Positions 36,899-47,348 of a stretch of DNA of 64,000 nt are shown piece after piece. The stretch's first letter is position 1; each line of letters starts with the position of its first letter. The DNA is from Flavobacteriales bacterium (lineage in GTDB: Bacteria > Bacteroidota > Bacteroidia > Flavobacteriales_F > PHOS-HE28), in the NCBI GenBank assembly GCA_016704485.1, contig JADJAA010000002.1, positions 239,591 to 303,590 on the forward strand, given 5' to 3'. The position numbers were made by a program, and so were the translations under genes. The notes beneath the pieces are model-generated. The model was given only the letters and a program-made list of their open reading frames with translations. It made no database searches and was not told the DNA's origin.

Positions 36899-38899
36899 TC
36901 ATCGAATATCACGGTCCATCCTTACGATGTTCTCCGGAGACCCCAGCATGTAGAGCAGGTCATCCGTCATGATACGTTCACTGCTCTTAACGTTCGAGAT
37001 ATAACGGCCGTTGCGTCGAATAGCGAGCACGGTAATACCATAGTTGTCTCGTAGAGCGGTTTCGGCGATCGTCTTGCCAACGATCTTGCTTCTGCCGAGC
37101 GTAACAGGTAAAGTAGCGATCTCCATCCCGGGGATCACCAATGTTTCTTCCTTGCGTTTCATCTTGTTCCCTTTCTTGCCGCGAAGCATTCCGTAATGGT
37201 CGGAACGCATCTCGGCGACCAGATCCTGTATTTGGGTTTCGGGGATCAAATATTTCCGCAGTACGTGGTGGAAGATCTCGATGCTGGTCTCGAATTCCTC
37301 GGGGATCACTTCATTCGCACCCGCGTCGTAGTTGGCTTGCAGTTCTGCAACGTGGCGTGTGCGAACGATGATATGTGCTTTTGCAGTAAGCGAGCGAACA
37401 CCGGCCACTATCTTGAGTGTTTCTGATGGGTCACTGATCGCTATAACGACCACACGTGCACGTTCCACGTGCGCTTGTTCCAAGAGATGCAGGTTCGAGG
37501 CATCACCGATCAACACAGGAACATCCAGTGCTTTTGCCTTATCGGCAAGATCCGGGTCTTCTTCCAGGACGGCGCAGGGAATACTGTTTTCCTGGGCTGC
37601 CTTAAGAACGTTCTGTCCGTTCAATCCGAAACCAATGATCACGACATGGTCTTTCAGGACCTTCTCCAATGACTTTTCCTGCTGCTGCTTTACACGCATT
37701 ATGCGGTCCAGTCGCTCACCAACGGAGCCCGGTAAAAAGCTGATGAAGATCTTCCGTACAATGCGATCCGAGTACTCCAGCACGATCGGAGTAACGCCCA
37801 TGCTCAAGATCGATACGCTCAGGAAGATCTGGTAATGTTCTTTGCTTAGTAGACCCATTTCCAATCCTGGAATGGCAAGTATGAAACCGAACTCACCCAA
37901 TTGGAATAGAGCCAGACCGGAATAGATCGCCGTGCGTAATGGATAACGGAGCACCCATACAGCGACTATTGTCATTAACGTCTTTAAGAGCAATACACCC
38001 ATGGTCAAGCCGATCACAAGCAGCGGAGATGCAAAGAATTGTTCAAGATCCACCAACATGCCGATGCTCACGAAAAAGAACGCCATGAACAATTGGTGGA
38101 AGGGTAGGACGATGCCCGTTGCGTGGTATGCATGATCGGTCTCGCTGATCACAAGGCCTGCGAAGAATGCTCCCAATGCGAGAGAAAGGCCAAGCGCCTG
38201 CGTCGCAAATGCGGCTGCGAAACAGATAACAACGATCGTGATGATGAACAGATCGTTCCCTTTGCCTTGGCTAGCTGCTTTCAATAAGCGTGGTACAACG
38301 AAACGCCCACTGAAGTATACGGCGACCAGAAGCACGATCATTTTACCAAGAAGCAGTAATAGATCCATACCTACGTTCGTGCTTTTTCCCGCAAGCATTG
38401 GGGTTACCAACATCATAGGCACCACAATGATGTCCTGAAAGATCAGGATGGCCGTGGCGACTCGCCCGTGTGCGGAATCCATCTTTCCTTGTTCCTGTAA
38501 CACACGCAATACGATAGCAGTACTGCTCAAGGTGATCAGGAATCCGATGAAGACCGCAGATTCCATTTTTATGCCGAACAACCCCAGGATCCCGGCAACC
38601 GCAGCTGTGGTAAGTCCGGCTTGCAACAGACCGCCAATAAAAACGGTACGCCCCAATGTGGCAAGCTTTTTAAGGCTGAACTCCATACCGATCACGAACA
38701 ACAGTAGCACAACGCCAACCTCGGCCATTGCCTCAACCTTGTCCACTTCACCAACCCACTCAAGGCCATGAGGACCGGCGATCATACCCGTAAGAATGAA
38801 TCCAAGTATTCCCGGTAGTTTGAAACGTCTGAACAGCAACAGGATCCCCGCCGCCAATGCGAGAATGATGATCAGGTCCTGAAAGAGTGGAAAGTGCAT
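36899..38899 (-). CDS. CPA2-family K+/H+ antiporter (Kef-type) with TrkA-N and TrkA-C domains
   Basis: 666 aa. N-terminal Na+/H+ exchanger membrane domain. Rossmann GxGxxG (HVVIIGFGLNGQ) and a C-terminal TrkA-C domain. Confidence 0.85.
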   Translation of the reverse strand: MHFPLFQDLIIILALAAGILLLFRRFKLPGILGFILTGMIAGPHGLEWVGEVDKVEAMAEVGVVLLLFVIGMEFSLKKLATLGRTVFIGGLLQAGLTTAAVAGILGLFGIKMESAVFIGFLITLSSTAIVLRVLQEQGKMDSAHGRVATAILIFQDIIVVPMMLVTPMLAGKSTNVGMDLLLLLGKMIVLLVAVYFSGRFVVPRLLKAASQGKGNDLFIITIVVICFAAAFATQALGLSLALGAFFAGLVISETDHAYHATGIVLPFHQLFMAFFFVSIGMLVDLEQFFASPLLVIGLTMGVLLLKTLMTIVAVWVLRYPLRTAIYSGLALFQLGEFGFILAIPGLEMGLLSKEHYQIFLSVSILSMGVTPIVLEYSDRIVRKIFISFLPGSVGERLDRIMRVKQQQEKSLEKVLKDHVVIIGFGLNGQNVLKAAQENSIPCAVLEEDPDLADKAKALDVPVLIGDASNLHLLEQAHVERARVVVIAISDPSETLKIVAGVRSLTAKAHIIVRTRHVAELQANYDAGANEVIPEEFETSIEIFHHVLRKYLIPETQIQDLVAEMRSDHYGMLRGKKGNKMKRKEETLVIPGMEIATLPVTLGRSKIVGKTIAETALRDNYGITVLAIRRNGRYISNVKSSERIMTDDLLYMLGSPENIVRMDRDIR

Positions 38900-39209
38900 G
38901 GATCACATTTTTATGCCAACCAAGCTGCATCGATCAACCGCAGCCCGGCCAAAGAATGAATTCACTGGAATGCCACGGAGCGGGTCAAAAGAACGATGGT
39001 CCAGTGGACTGTTATACAAGGATAAGGACAAAGTACCTGAGGTGGCCAACGTGCGCAACACGCTAGGTCAACTGTTGGTCCACGCTTAGGTGTTGATCAT
39101 GAAACCAATGGGTGGCGAAATGCGTATGCATGGATCCGTAGGAGTCGGATCCATGATCCACCCATGAACACTGGGAATGTAGGAAGCCACGCACGAATTC
39201 ATCCACTAC

Positions 39210-39851
39210 ATGGCAGTACAGAACAAAGCGCGCATAACTGAACAGAACTGGGAAAGCCCGGAATTGGTCGTTGAATTTTGGACCTGGTTCAAACAGAATC
39301 AGCGATCCATTGAGCGTCTGGCAGAGGGTGATCGGGAGATGCTTCCTGTCTACGAGGAAATGACTCATCGCATGCATGGTTTCCATCCGAATATATTTCC
39401 TGAACTGAGTTTGGATGATGCAGGCGGTTACATTTTGATCGTCACTGCGGATGGTCGCAACGAAGGGCTGGAGCCAGTAATGCATTTCACAGAGCTTTAC
39501 CCGGTCATTGAAGGTTGGCAAGTGCAGCGTTTCCGTAAGCCGGTTAACGACCCATTGGCCGTATTCGAATACCACGATCTTATTGTAGCGTTGGCCGAAG
39601 TAAATGTGGCATATGCCTATGATCCTGAAAATGAGCTGATCCACGTCGGGCTGGTGATCGAAGGTGCTTCGCGAGAGGATGAGCGTTGGCTGGGAATGAT
39701 GTACATTTTAATGGATCACGCCATTGGCGAATACAACACTATGACCTACATGGGTTCCTTGGACCTGATGGCCATAGATGAGTTACCTGAGAATGTGACG
39801 CTGATCACCATGGATGAACTGCGTGAGGTTTTCGAGGAGGAATTCTATTGA
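39210..39851 (+). CDS. Hypothetical cytoplasmic protein
   Basis: 213-aa acidic ORF with ATG start. No recognisable motifs. Confidence 0.45.
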   Translation: MAVQNKARITEQNWESPELVVEFWTWFKQNQRSIERLAEGDREMLPVYEEMTHRMHGFHPNIFPELSLDDAGGYILIVTADGRNEGLEPVMHFTELYPVIEGWQVQRFRKPVNDPLAVFEYHDLIVALAEVNVAYAYDPENELIHVGLVIEGASREDERWLGMMYILMDHAIGEYNTMTYMGSLDLMAIDELPENVTLITMDELREVFEEEFY

Positions 39852-39966
39852 AATACGACTCATTTCGACACCATATTCAGCATGTTAGGAAGGCGACTGC
39901 TGACCCGTTGGTAAGCACTATCCGGATTGAACGCTACGATCCAATTGATCGAGCGATCCCCTCAGA

Positions 39967-40503
39967 TCACTTAGTTAACCGTTTTTCGATCCGGGTCAAC
40001 AATTCCATTTGTTGAGCTTGTACATCGAACAACGTTTTTATCTGTTCCTCCAATAAAAGATCAACCTTCTGGTGCAAACTGCGGATCTGGAGCTCGGCCT
40101 TCAAATTGATCAAATAATCGTTCTCAGCGCGCATCCTATCGCGTTCTTCTTTTCGGTTCTGGGACATCATGATCACCGGTGCCTGCATAGCTGCAACACA
40201 GGAAAGGATCAGATTCATCAAAATGAAAGGGTAGGGATCGAACCGATCGCTCAATACCACGGTAACGTTGAAAACGATCCAAACTGTAAGAATGCCGAGA
40301 AAGATCAGAATGAATGCCCAACTACCTCCGAACCGTGCGATCTTATCGGAAATACGCTGACCTCGTTTAAGTGTTTCGCTCGGCGGATGAAGCAGGTTAT
40401 TTACCACCAGTTCTTCTTCTCGGATGGAATTCTCCACGATCGTGTGTAATCGGTTCAACTGTTCCTGTTCAACAGCGAGCAATTGTTTCTTCCTCTGAGC
40501 CAT
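39967..40503 (-). CDS. DUF1003 family membrane protein
   Basis: Two TM helices and flanking coiled-coil regions match the typical DUF1003 layout. Its start overlaps the upstream stop by 1 bp. Confidence 0.55.
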   Translation of the reverse strand: MAQRKKQLLAVEQEQLNRLHTIVENSIREEELVVNNLLHPPSETLKRGQRISDKIARFGGSWAFILIFLGILTVWIVFNVTVVLSDRFDPYPFILMNLILSCVAAMQAPVIMMSQNRKEERDRMRAENDYLINLKAELQIRSLHQKVDLLLEEQIKTLFDVQAQQMELLTRIEKRLTK

Positions 40504-41099
40504 CAGGGTTTGCGGGTTTTGTTCCAGGTAGAATAACGCGCAGTGATCGTAGGTCCATCGTTCGGTATTTCTCGGAGTGGCTCACATTCCTTTAGCGTAG
40601 CGTGCAATTCAACGGGTAGCCTCTGATAAAGCCCAGTGCCTTGCGTTTTCCACGCGATCATTTCGTCGCTAACATCCTTAATGGCCTTGGCCGGATTACC
40701 GACAATGACCTTTCGTGGCTCCCAGACACTATCTGCCGGTAAAAAGGCGAGCGCGCCAACAATGCATTCATCGCCAAGTTCCACGTTGTCCATCAGAACA
40801 GCATTCATTCCAACCAGGCAATTTCTGCCGATGTGCGCTCCGTGGATTATCGCACCGTGGCCAATGTGTGCGGACTCTTCCAATACTACACGGACGCCAG
40901 GGAACATGTGTATCGTGCAATTCTCCTGAACGTTGCACCCATTACTTATCACGATCTCACCCCAGTCCCCGCGCAAAGCAGCGCCTGGGCCTATGTAGAC
41001 ATCTTTGCCAATGACCACATTGCCGGTAACCACCGCCTGTGGGTGAACGAATGCACTCGGATGCACCACGGGTTTGAAGCCATTGAATTCGTACAGCAT
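40503..41099 (-). CDS. Gamma-carbonic-anhydrase/PaaY-like left-handed beta-helix (hexapeptide) protein
   Basis: Start at the ATG at 41097-41099 (MLYEFNGFKP). Hexapeptide repeats. HxxH metal-site-like IGHGAIIHGAHIG. Confidence 0.75.
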   Translation of the reverse strand: MLYEFNGFKPVVHPSAFVHPQAVVTGNVVIGKDVYIGPGAALRGDWGEIVISNGCNVQENCTIHMFPGVRVVLEESAHIGHGAIIHGAHIGRNCLVGMNAVLMDNVELGDECIVGALAFLPADSVWEPRKVIVGNPAKAIKDVSDEMIAWKTQGTGLYQRLPVELHATLKECEPLREIPNDGPTITARYSTWNKTRKP

Positions 41100-41266
41100 T
41101 GTTTTGGAATGAAGGCGCAAGGTACAGTGGTGTAGAGAGCACCTTCAGCAGCCGATCAGGAAGATCGCGTTGGTCGATCCATGTTAAGCCGATATTAACT
41201 TTAGGGTACGGATCTGCTGGAACAGGACCGTTAGGGTACATTTGGGCGGTTATTAACAGCTTCCGG

Positions 41267-41914
41267 ATGTCCTTGGGATCCTTACTGAACGTCTTCAAAC
41301 CGCGCGATCGTATATTCTTTTATCACTTCGAGGCAAGTGCTGCGAACGTGCGGAAAATGAGCGAGGACCTTATCGCTATCATGAATACCGAACGGGGTTC
41401 ACAGCGCAATGCGATCTTGGAACGATTGGAGATCTCCGAGCGTGCGAATGACGATCTTACGCATACCATTTTCACGGACCTTGCACGCAATTTCATTACG
41501 CCTATCGATCGAGAGGATATCCACTCACTGGCTTCGAGTTTGGATGATATTGCTGATTACATACTTGCATCGGCAAAGAACCTTCGACTGTTCTCAATTG
41601 AAAAACCCGATGAGACATGTCGCGAATTAGCGCGTTTGGTGAACGAAGGTGCCAAGATCGTGCAGCTCATTGTGCAGACCTTGCGGCACATGAATAAGCC
41701 CAACGGCTATGGCGATCTCGTGATCCGGATCAATAGCATGGAGAACGAGGCCGACGAGGTTTACGATCAAGCGATCCAACACCTTTTCGAGAACGAGAAG
41801 GATCCGATCCAACTGATCAAGATGCGCGATCTCTATACTACCTTGGAGTTGGCAACCGACAAGTGCGAGGATGCCGGGAACGTGGTGGAGTCCATCATGC
41901 TGAAATATGCTTAA
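41267..41914 (+). CDS. DUF47 family protein (phosphate-transport associated, PhoU-like)
   Basis: Start moved to the ATG at 41267. Helical protein immediately upstream of a PiT transporter, the classic pairing. Confidence 0.75.
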   Translation: MSLGSLLNVFKPRDRIFFYHFEASAANVRKMSEDLIAIMNTERGSQRNAILERLEISERANDDLTHTIFTDLARNFITPIDREDIHSLASSLDDIADYILASAKNLRLFSIEKPDETCRELARLVNEGAKIVQLIVQTLRHMNKPNGYGDLVIRINSMENEADEVYDQAIQHLFENEKDPIQLIKMRDLYTTLELATDKCEDAGNVVESIMLKYA

Positions 41915-41959
41915 CACACGCCGTATGATCGATCTGCCGTTCCACCATATTCGGATGGC

Positions 41960-43096
41960 ATGACAACACTGCTTGTTGTAATTGTTGTGTTGGCCTTGGT
42001 GTTCGATTACATCAATGGATTCCATGATGCGGCGAACTCCATCGCTACGATCGTTAGCACCAAAGTGCTTACCCCTTTTCAAGCCGTGATGTGGGCGGCG
42101 GCATTTAATTTCATTGCCTTCTTCATCTTCAGTGAGCACCATGTTGCCAACACCGTCGCCAAAGTGGTGAATGAGGAGTACATCACGCTACGCGTAGTGC
42201 TTTCAGGGTTAGTGGCAGCCATTACCTGGAATCTGCTCACTTGGTGGTACGGTATCCCTAGCAGCAGCTCACATACACTTATCGGCGGTTTTGCCGGTGC
42301 TGCATTGGCAGGTGCAGGCTTCGATATCGGCAGCATCAATTTGGAAAAGATCGGTCTCATTGCGGTATTCATTTTCTTGGCGCCTTTGGTGGGTATGGTC
42401 ATTTCGATCTTCATCACGTTGGTTACGATCATTCAAAAACTCTGGTTGCGCTTGTTATTGATAGCGATCTCCACGGCTGTAACCGCCATCTTCGTTATTA
42501 AGAACAATGATCTAAAGATCGGACTTGTCGTTTTTTCATTGATCTTCATGATCGCGTATGCATGGGATATGACCCGCCAACCCAGCGCTCAACGCACCGC
42601 CAATTTGTACAAGCGCTTACAATTGCTCAGTTCTGCGGCATTCAGTATTGGCCACGGCGGGAATGATGCGCAAAAGGTCATGGGAATTATTATGGTGGCA
42701 TTGGTTGCCGGTGGTCAAAAAGAAAGCCTTAATGATATGCCGAACTGGGTGCCCCTTGCCTGTTACACCGCAATAGGTTTAGGTACGTTGAGCGGTGGTT
42801 GGAAGATCATTAAGACCATGGGAACGCGCATCACAAAGGTTACTCCATTGGAAGGTGTTTGTGCTGAAAGTGCTGGTGCCATGACGCTGTACATGACCGA
42901 GCAAATGGGCATACCTGTAAGCACAACGCATACCATAACAGGTGCGATCATCGGTGTAGGAGCCACCAAGCGGTTAAGTGCAGTGCGGTGGGGCGTAACG
43001 TTGCAATTGATGTGGGCGTGGATACTGACCATTCCCGTAAGCGCGGTGTTGGCATGCATCGCTTATTGGGTGTGTGGGTTCTTCGATATCGTGTGA
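41960..43096 (+). CDS. pitA: Inorganic phosphate transporter, PiT family
   Basis: Signature DYINGFHDAANSIAT at the N-terminus, repeated as IGHGGNDAQK in the second half. Confidence 0.9.
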   Translation: MTTLLVVIVVLALVFDYINGFHDAANSIATIVSTKVLTPFQAVMWAAAFNFIAFFIFSEHHVANTVAKVVNEEYITLRVVLSGLVAAITWNLLTWWYGIPSSSSHTLIGGFAGAALAGAGFDIGSINLEKIGLIAVFIFLAPLVGMVISIFITLVTIIQKLWLRLLLIAISTAVTAIFVIKNNDLKIGLVVFSLIFMIAYAWDMTRQPSAQRTANLYKRLQLLSSAAFSIGHGGNDAQKVMGIIMVALVAGGQKESLNDMPNWVPLACYTAIGLGTLSGGWKIIKTMGTRITKVTPLEGVCAESAGAMTLYMTEQMGIPVSTTHTITGAIIGVGATKRLSAVRWGVTLQLMWAWILTIPVSAVLACIAYWVCGFFDIV

Positions 43097-43218
43097 TCCC
43101 AGTATTTTTCAGTGATGAGCGTCGGACAGCTTGGTGCAGCACTGAATGGTCAAGGATCTACGATCATCGATCCGCAATGGACAATAGGAAGTAACTTTCC
43201 ACGCTGAACAAAGCGACG

Positions 43219-44406
43219 ATGTCCATCATCCTATCAGACGCTGGCCTGCATAGCCACTTATTACCACTCACCTTCACTCGTCCGGTTGGTCAACTGCGAC
43301 CTGGTATCCTTCGGTTATCGGAGGGTTGGTACGTGCGCACAGGATTAAGCGTAGGCTACAGAACGGAGGGCTATTTGTCCAAGGCTTTTCCACTGCCTCA
43401 ATATGCCTCGCCCAATTTCGAAGTGAACGGAGCGTTGTTCCCATCCGATGAATTGGTAGGTGCTGTCCTCGACCTGAAACCTGGTCAAGTTCTTGTGAAG
43501 GACGGAAAGCCGTTGGCCTATTGTTCGGAAAGCGAAGGTGGACCGCAACCCATGGATTGGGATTCGGTACCAGGCTACGCTGCACAGATCCAATTCACGG
43601 CTGAAGTGATCTCGTTCGATCGTCCATGGCATCTTTTCCAACATTGCGGAAAGGCAATTGAGCAGGACATTGCACTACTCACAGAAGGCCGCCGATCACA
43701 GCGACTAAGCGCATTGAATACGGTCGTGGGTGACCCCAATAGGATCTTTTTGGAAGAAGGTGCTGTCGTAGAAGCATGCATACTGAATACCAACGGTGGT
43801 CCTATCTACATCGGGAAAGATGCGGAGGTCATGGAAGGCTGTATCATTCGTGGTCCGTTCGCTTTGGGCGATCATTCGCAGCTGAAAATGGGTGCCAAGA
43901 TCTATGGGCCTACCGCGGTAGGTCCGGAGTGCAGGGTTGGGGGCGAAGTGAACAATTGTGTCATCTCAGGTTTCAGCAATAAGGGGCATGATGGTTTTCT
44001 GGGAAACAGTGTATTGGGAGAGTGGTGCAATTTGGGAGCCGATACCAATGGCAGCAATCTGAAGAATACCTATGGCGAGGTAAAAGCGTGGAGTTATTCA
44101 GAAAATGCACAGGTTGATACAGGCTTGCAATTCTGCGGTTTGATCATGGGCGACCATAGTAAAAGTGGGATCAATACCATGTTCAATACGGGCACGGTAG
44201 TTGGCGTTTGTGCCAATGTTTTTGGTAGCGGTTTCCCACCCAAGCATATTCGTAGTTTCGCATGGGGCGGTGCGGATGGTTTCGTGGACCATGACATTGA
44301 GCGGGCTTTGAATACGGCGAAGCGCGTCATGGAGCGGCGCAAGATCCCGTTCACGCAGTTGGATGAGGACGTCTTACGGCATATTTGCACCATCGCGAAG
44401 GGTTGA
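43219..44406 (+). CDS. Putative sugar-phosphate nucleotidyltransferase with left-handed beta-helix domain (GlmU-like family)
   Basis: 395 aa. The C-terminal half is rich in hexapeptide repeats (IGKDAEVMEGCIIRGP...). Confidence 0.6.
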   Translation: MSIILSDAGLHSHLLPLTFTRPVGQLRPGILRLSEGWYVRTGLSVGYRTEGYLSKAFPLPQYASPNFEVNGALFPSDELVGAVLDLKPGQVLVKDGKPLAYCSESEGGPQPMDWDSVPGYAAQIQFTAEVISFDRPWHLFQHCGKAIEQDIALLTEGRRSQRLSALNTVVGDPNRIFLEEGAVVEACILNTNGGPIYIGKDAEVMEGCIIRGPFALGDHSQLKMGAKIYGPTAVGPECRVGGEVNNCVISGFSNKGHDGFLGNSVLGEWCNLGADTNGSNLKNTYGEVKAWSYSENAQVDTGLQFCGLIMGDHSKSGINTMFNTGTVVGVCANVFGSGFPPKHIRSFAWGGADGFVDHDIERALNTAKRVMERRKIPFTQLDEDVLRHICTIAKG

Positions 44407-44632
44407 GCCGATCTTCTTTTGAATAATTTTCCGGAGCCGTTCTCAGCGGGCAGTGAACTGCCTTTCCAACAATGAACGTGTCGGTCTATTCCTGCTATCC
44501 TGAAGTTATGTCAGCCCATCCACCACGGCACGGTGCTTGACAATGGGCAACAGCCTGTGCACGTTATCAACCGATTACGTAATGGACATGGCTTGGTAAT
44601 ACATTTGCAACTGACAACCTGACGATCCGTCG

Positions 44633-47083
44633 ATGAGCGACATCATACATAACGATAACCCTTTATTCGGTAGCGACGCACTCGAGAACGAGACCGAGCT
44701 TATTCCGCTTATTACGGCTGAGGATGAGGAGTTGATGAATGCAGAGAAGACCCCTGCCGAACTTCCGATCCTTCCTTTGCGGAATACCGTGCTTTTTCCA
44801 GGAGTGGTGATCCCGATCACAGTAGGTCGCGATCGCAGTATACGACTGATCCAGGACGTGTACCGCGGTACTAAGACCCTTGGCGTAGTGAGCCAGAAGG
44901 ATGGCCAGATCGAAGAACCGAACGCTGAGGACCTGAACCGTGTAGGGACGATCGCAACGATCATTCGCATGTTGCGTATGCCCGATGGAAGTACAACTGC
45001 CATCATTCAAGGCAAAAAGCGTTTCGAGATCTTGAAGATGGCGAAGACCGACCCTTACTTCACGGCCAGCGTCAAGGAGTTTGCGGAGCTGCGTCCAGAG
45101 AAGACTGACAAGAACTTTGATGCGTTGATCAGTTCGCTCAAGGACATGGCGACCGAGATCATCAAGCAGAGTCCACACATTCCTACGGAAGCGCAATTCG
45201 CTCTCAAGAATATTGATAGCCCGAGTTTCCTGGTGAACTTCATCAGTAGCAATATGAACGCTACGGTTGAGGACAAACAGAAAATGCTCGAAGTGGCCGA
45301 TCTAAGGGAACGGGCCAACTTGTTACTTGCCCACCTCACCAAGGAGCTACAGATGCTCCAGATGAAGAATGAGATCCAGAGCAAGGTCCGCACTGAAGTA
45401 GATCGCCAGCAGCGGGAGTATTTCCTGCATCAACAGATAAAGACCATCCAGGACGAACTAGGTGGCAACCCGATCGAACAGGAGATCGAGGAAATGCGGG
45501 CAAAGGCGGATAAGAAGAAGTGGACCGAGAAAGTGAAGGAGGTCTTTGAGAAAGAGGTCACCAAGTTGCAACGTATGAATCCGGCAGGTGCTGAATTCAG
45601 TGTGCAATACAGCTACGTGCAGCTGCTACTGGAATTGCCTTGGGGCGAATACAGTAACGATAAGTTCGATCTTCGGAATGCGCAGAAGATCCTTGATCGC
45701 GATCATTTCGGGTTGGAGAAAGTGAAAGAACGCTTGATCGAACACCTTGCCGTACTGAAGCTGAAAGGTGATATGAAAGCGCCTATCATTTGCCTGTATG
45801 GTCCTCCAGGTGTCGGTAAGACCAGTTTGGGAAAAAGCATGGCCGAGGCGCTTGGACGCAAATATGTGCGGATGAGCTTGGGCGGGTTGCATGATGAAAG
45901 CGAGATCCGCGGCCATCGTAAAACGTATATCGGCGCAATGCCCGGCCGGTTGATCCAGAGCTTGAAAAAAGCAGGAACCAGCAACCCATTGTTCGTGTTG
46001 GACGAGATCGATAAAGTAGGGAAGGACTTCCACGGCGACCCTGCGAGCGCATTGCTCGAAGTATTGGACCCCGAGCAGAATAGCGCGTTCTATGACAATT
46101 ATGTGGAGATCGAATTCGACCTGAGTCGTGTGATGTTCGTTGCCACAGCAAATACGCTGAGCACGATCCATCCGGCCTTGCGTGATCGCATGGAGATCAT
46201 TGAAGTGAACGGCTACACGCAGGAAGAGAAATTGCAGATCGCCATTAAGCACTTGTTGCCGAAACAATTCTCGGAGAACGGGATCAAGCCTTCGCGTTTG
46301 AAACTTGGCGAGGGTCTATTGGAAGCGATCATTGATCAATATACCGATGAAAGTGGTGTGCGTACCCTTGAGAAGCGCATTGCCAAATTGGTGCGATACC
46401 GGGCCAAGCAGATCGCGTTGAAGGAAAAATACTCTATCACGATCGGTGTGGATGACATGGTGAAGATCTACGGTCCGAGCCATGCGCGGGATAAATACCA
46501 AGGCAACGATGTGGCCGGTGTTGTTACTGGTTTAGCGTGGACCCCGACGGGTGGTGATATCCTGTTCATAGAGACCAGCATTACCAAAGGAGAAGGCAAA
46601 CTTACCCTCACGGGTAACCTCGGTGATGTAATGAAGGAAAGCGCCATCATTGCATTGGAATACCTGAAATCACACAGTGCTATCATCGGTGTGGATAGTG
46701 AGGTCTTCAAGCGATGGAACGTTCATGTACACGTGCCCGAAGGTGCAACGCCGAAGGATGGGCCAAGTGCGGGTATCACCATGCTAACAAGTATCGCGAG
46801 TGCATTCACCCAACAAAAAGTGCGCAAGTTCGTTGCCATGACCGGTGAGATCACCTTGCGTGGTCGTGTGCTACCGGTTGGTGGTATCAAGGAAAAGATC
46901 CTTGCAGCAAAACGTGCGGGCATCAAAGAGATCATATTGAGCAGCGATAACAGGAAGGACATCGAGGACATCGATGCACGGTATACCAAGGGCATGCGAT
47001 TCACGTACGTTTCAGAAATGATAGAGGTCGTGAAACACGCATTGTTGAAGGAGAAAGTTGAGAACGCGCTGAAGGTGGCATAA
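44633..47083 (+). CDS. lon: ATP-dependent Lon protease
   Basis: 816 aa. N-terminal LON domain. AAA+ Walker [10 protein letters not shown]. Catalytic Ser region [11 protein letters not shown]. Confidence 0.95.
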   Translation: MSDIIHNDNPLFGSDALENETELIPLITAEDEELMNAEKTPAELPILPLRNTVLFPGVVIPITVGRDRSIRLIQDVYRGTKTLGVVSQKDGQIEEPNAEDLNRVGTIATIIRMLRMPDGSTTAIIQGKKRFEILKMAKTDPYFTASVKEFAELRPEKTDKNFDALISSLKDMATEIIKQSPHIPTEAQFALKNIDSPSFLVNFISSNMNATVEDKQKMLEVADLRERANLLLAHLTKELQMLQMKNEIQSKVRTEVDRQQREYFLHQQIKTIQDELGGNPIEQEIEEMRAKADKKKWTEKVKEVFEKEVTKLQRMNPAGAEFSVQYSYVQLLLELPWGEYSNDKFDLRNAQKILDRDHFGLEKVKERLIEHLAVLKLKGDMKAPIICLYGPPGVGKTSLGKSMAEALGRKYVRMSLGGLHDESEIRGHRKTYIGAMPGRLIQSLKKAGTSNPLFVLDEIDKVGKDFHGDPASALLEVLDPEQNSAFYDNYVEIEFDLSRVMFVATANTLSTIHPALRDRMEIIEVNGYTQEEKLQIAIKHLLPKQFSENGIKPSRLKLGEGLLEAIIDQYTDESGVRTLEKRIAKLVRYRAKQIALKEKYSITIGVDDMVKIYGPSHARDKYQGNDVAGVVTGLAWTPTGGDILFIETSITKGEGKLTLTGNLGDVMKESAIIALEYLKSHSAIIGVDSEVFKRWNVHVHVPEGATPKDGPSAGITMLTSIASAFTQQKVRKFVAMTGEITLRGRVLPVGGIKEKILAAKRAGIKEIILSSDNRKDIEDIDARYTKGMRFTYVSEMIEVVKHALLKEKVENALKVA

Positions 47084-47110
47084 AGACACTGCGGAATTGA
47101 AGAATAGAGA

Positions 47111-47140
47111 AGCTCCGGGCCTAGCTCGGAGTTTCTTATT
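47111..47140 (+). terminator. Candidate terminator after lon
   Basis: Short stem ctccg..cggag followed by tttcttatttt. Weak stem. Confidence 0.4.
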
Positions 47141-47165
47141 TTGATAAGGTCCGGCAGTACGTGCT

Positions 47166-47299
47166 CCGAGATGAACAGGGCTATCGCCTCTTAAACCTTT
47201 GTATTCATTGAAACTCAGATCCTGCGACTCTGCCGTACGGCAGAGTCGCAGAAATACGGTTGCGTGAATTTTAAGAGGCGATAGCCCTACCGAGATGAA
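47166..47299. mobile_element. MITE-like element: 10-bp direct repeats flanking 18-bp terminal inverted repeats and a central palindrome
   Basis: CCGAGATGAA at 47166-47175 and again at 47290-47299. Inverted-repeat arms gggctatcgcctcttaaa (47178-47195) and tttaagaggcgatagccc (47270-47287). Central perfect palindrome gcgactctgccgtacggcagagtcgc (~47224-47250). Confidence 0.55.
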
Positions 47300-47348
47300 T
47301 GATCCTAAACCCCGATTGTGTTACTTAGACGATCCAAGCAACAGTTCC

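Noticed and set aside
45626-46267. 213-aa minus-strand ORF inside lon
   Set aside because: It is antisense to the AAA+ domain of Lon and has no motifs.
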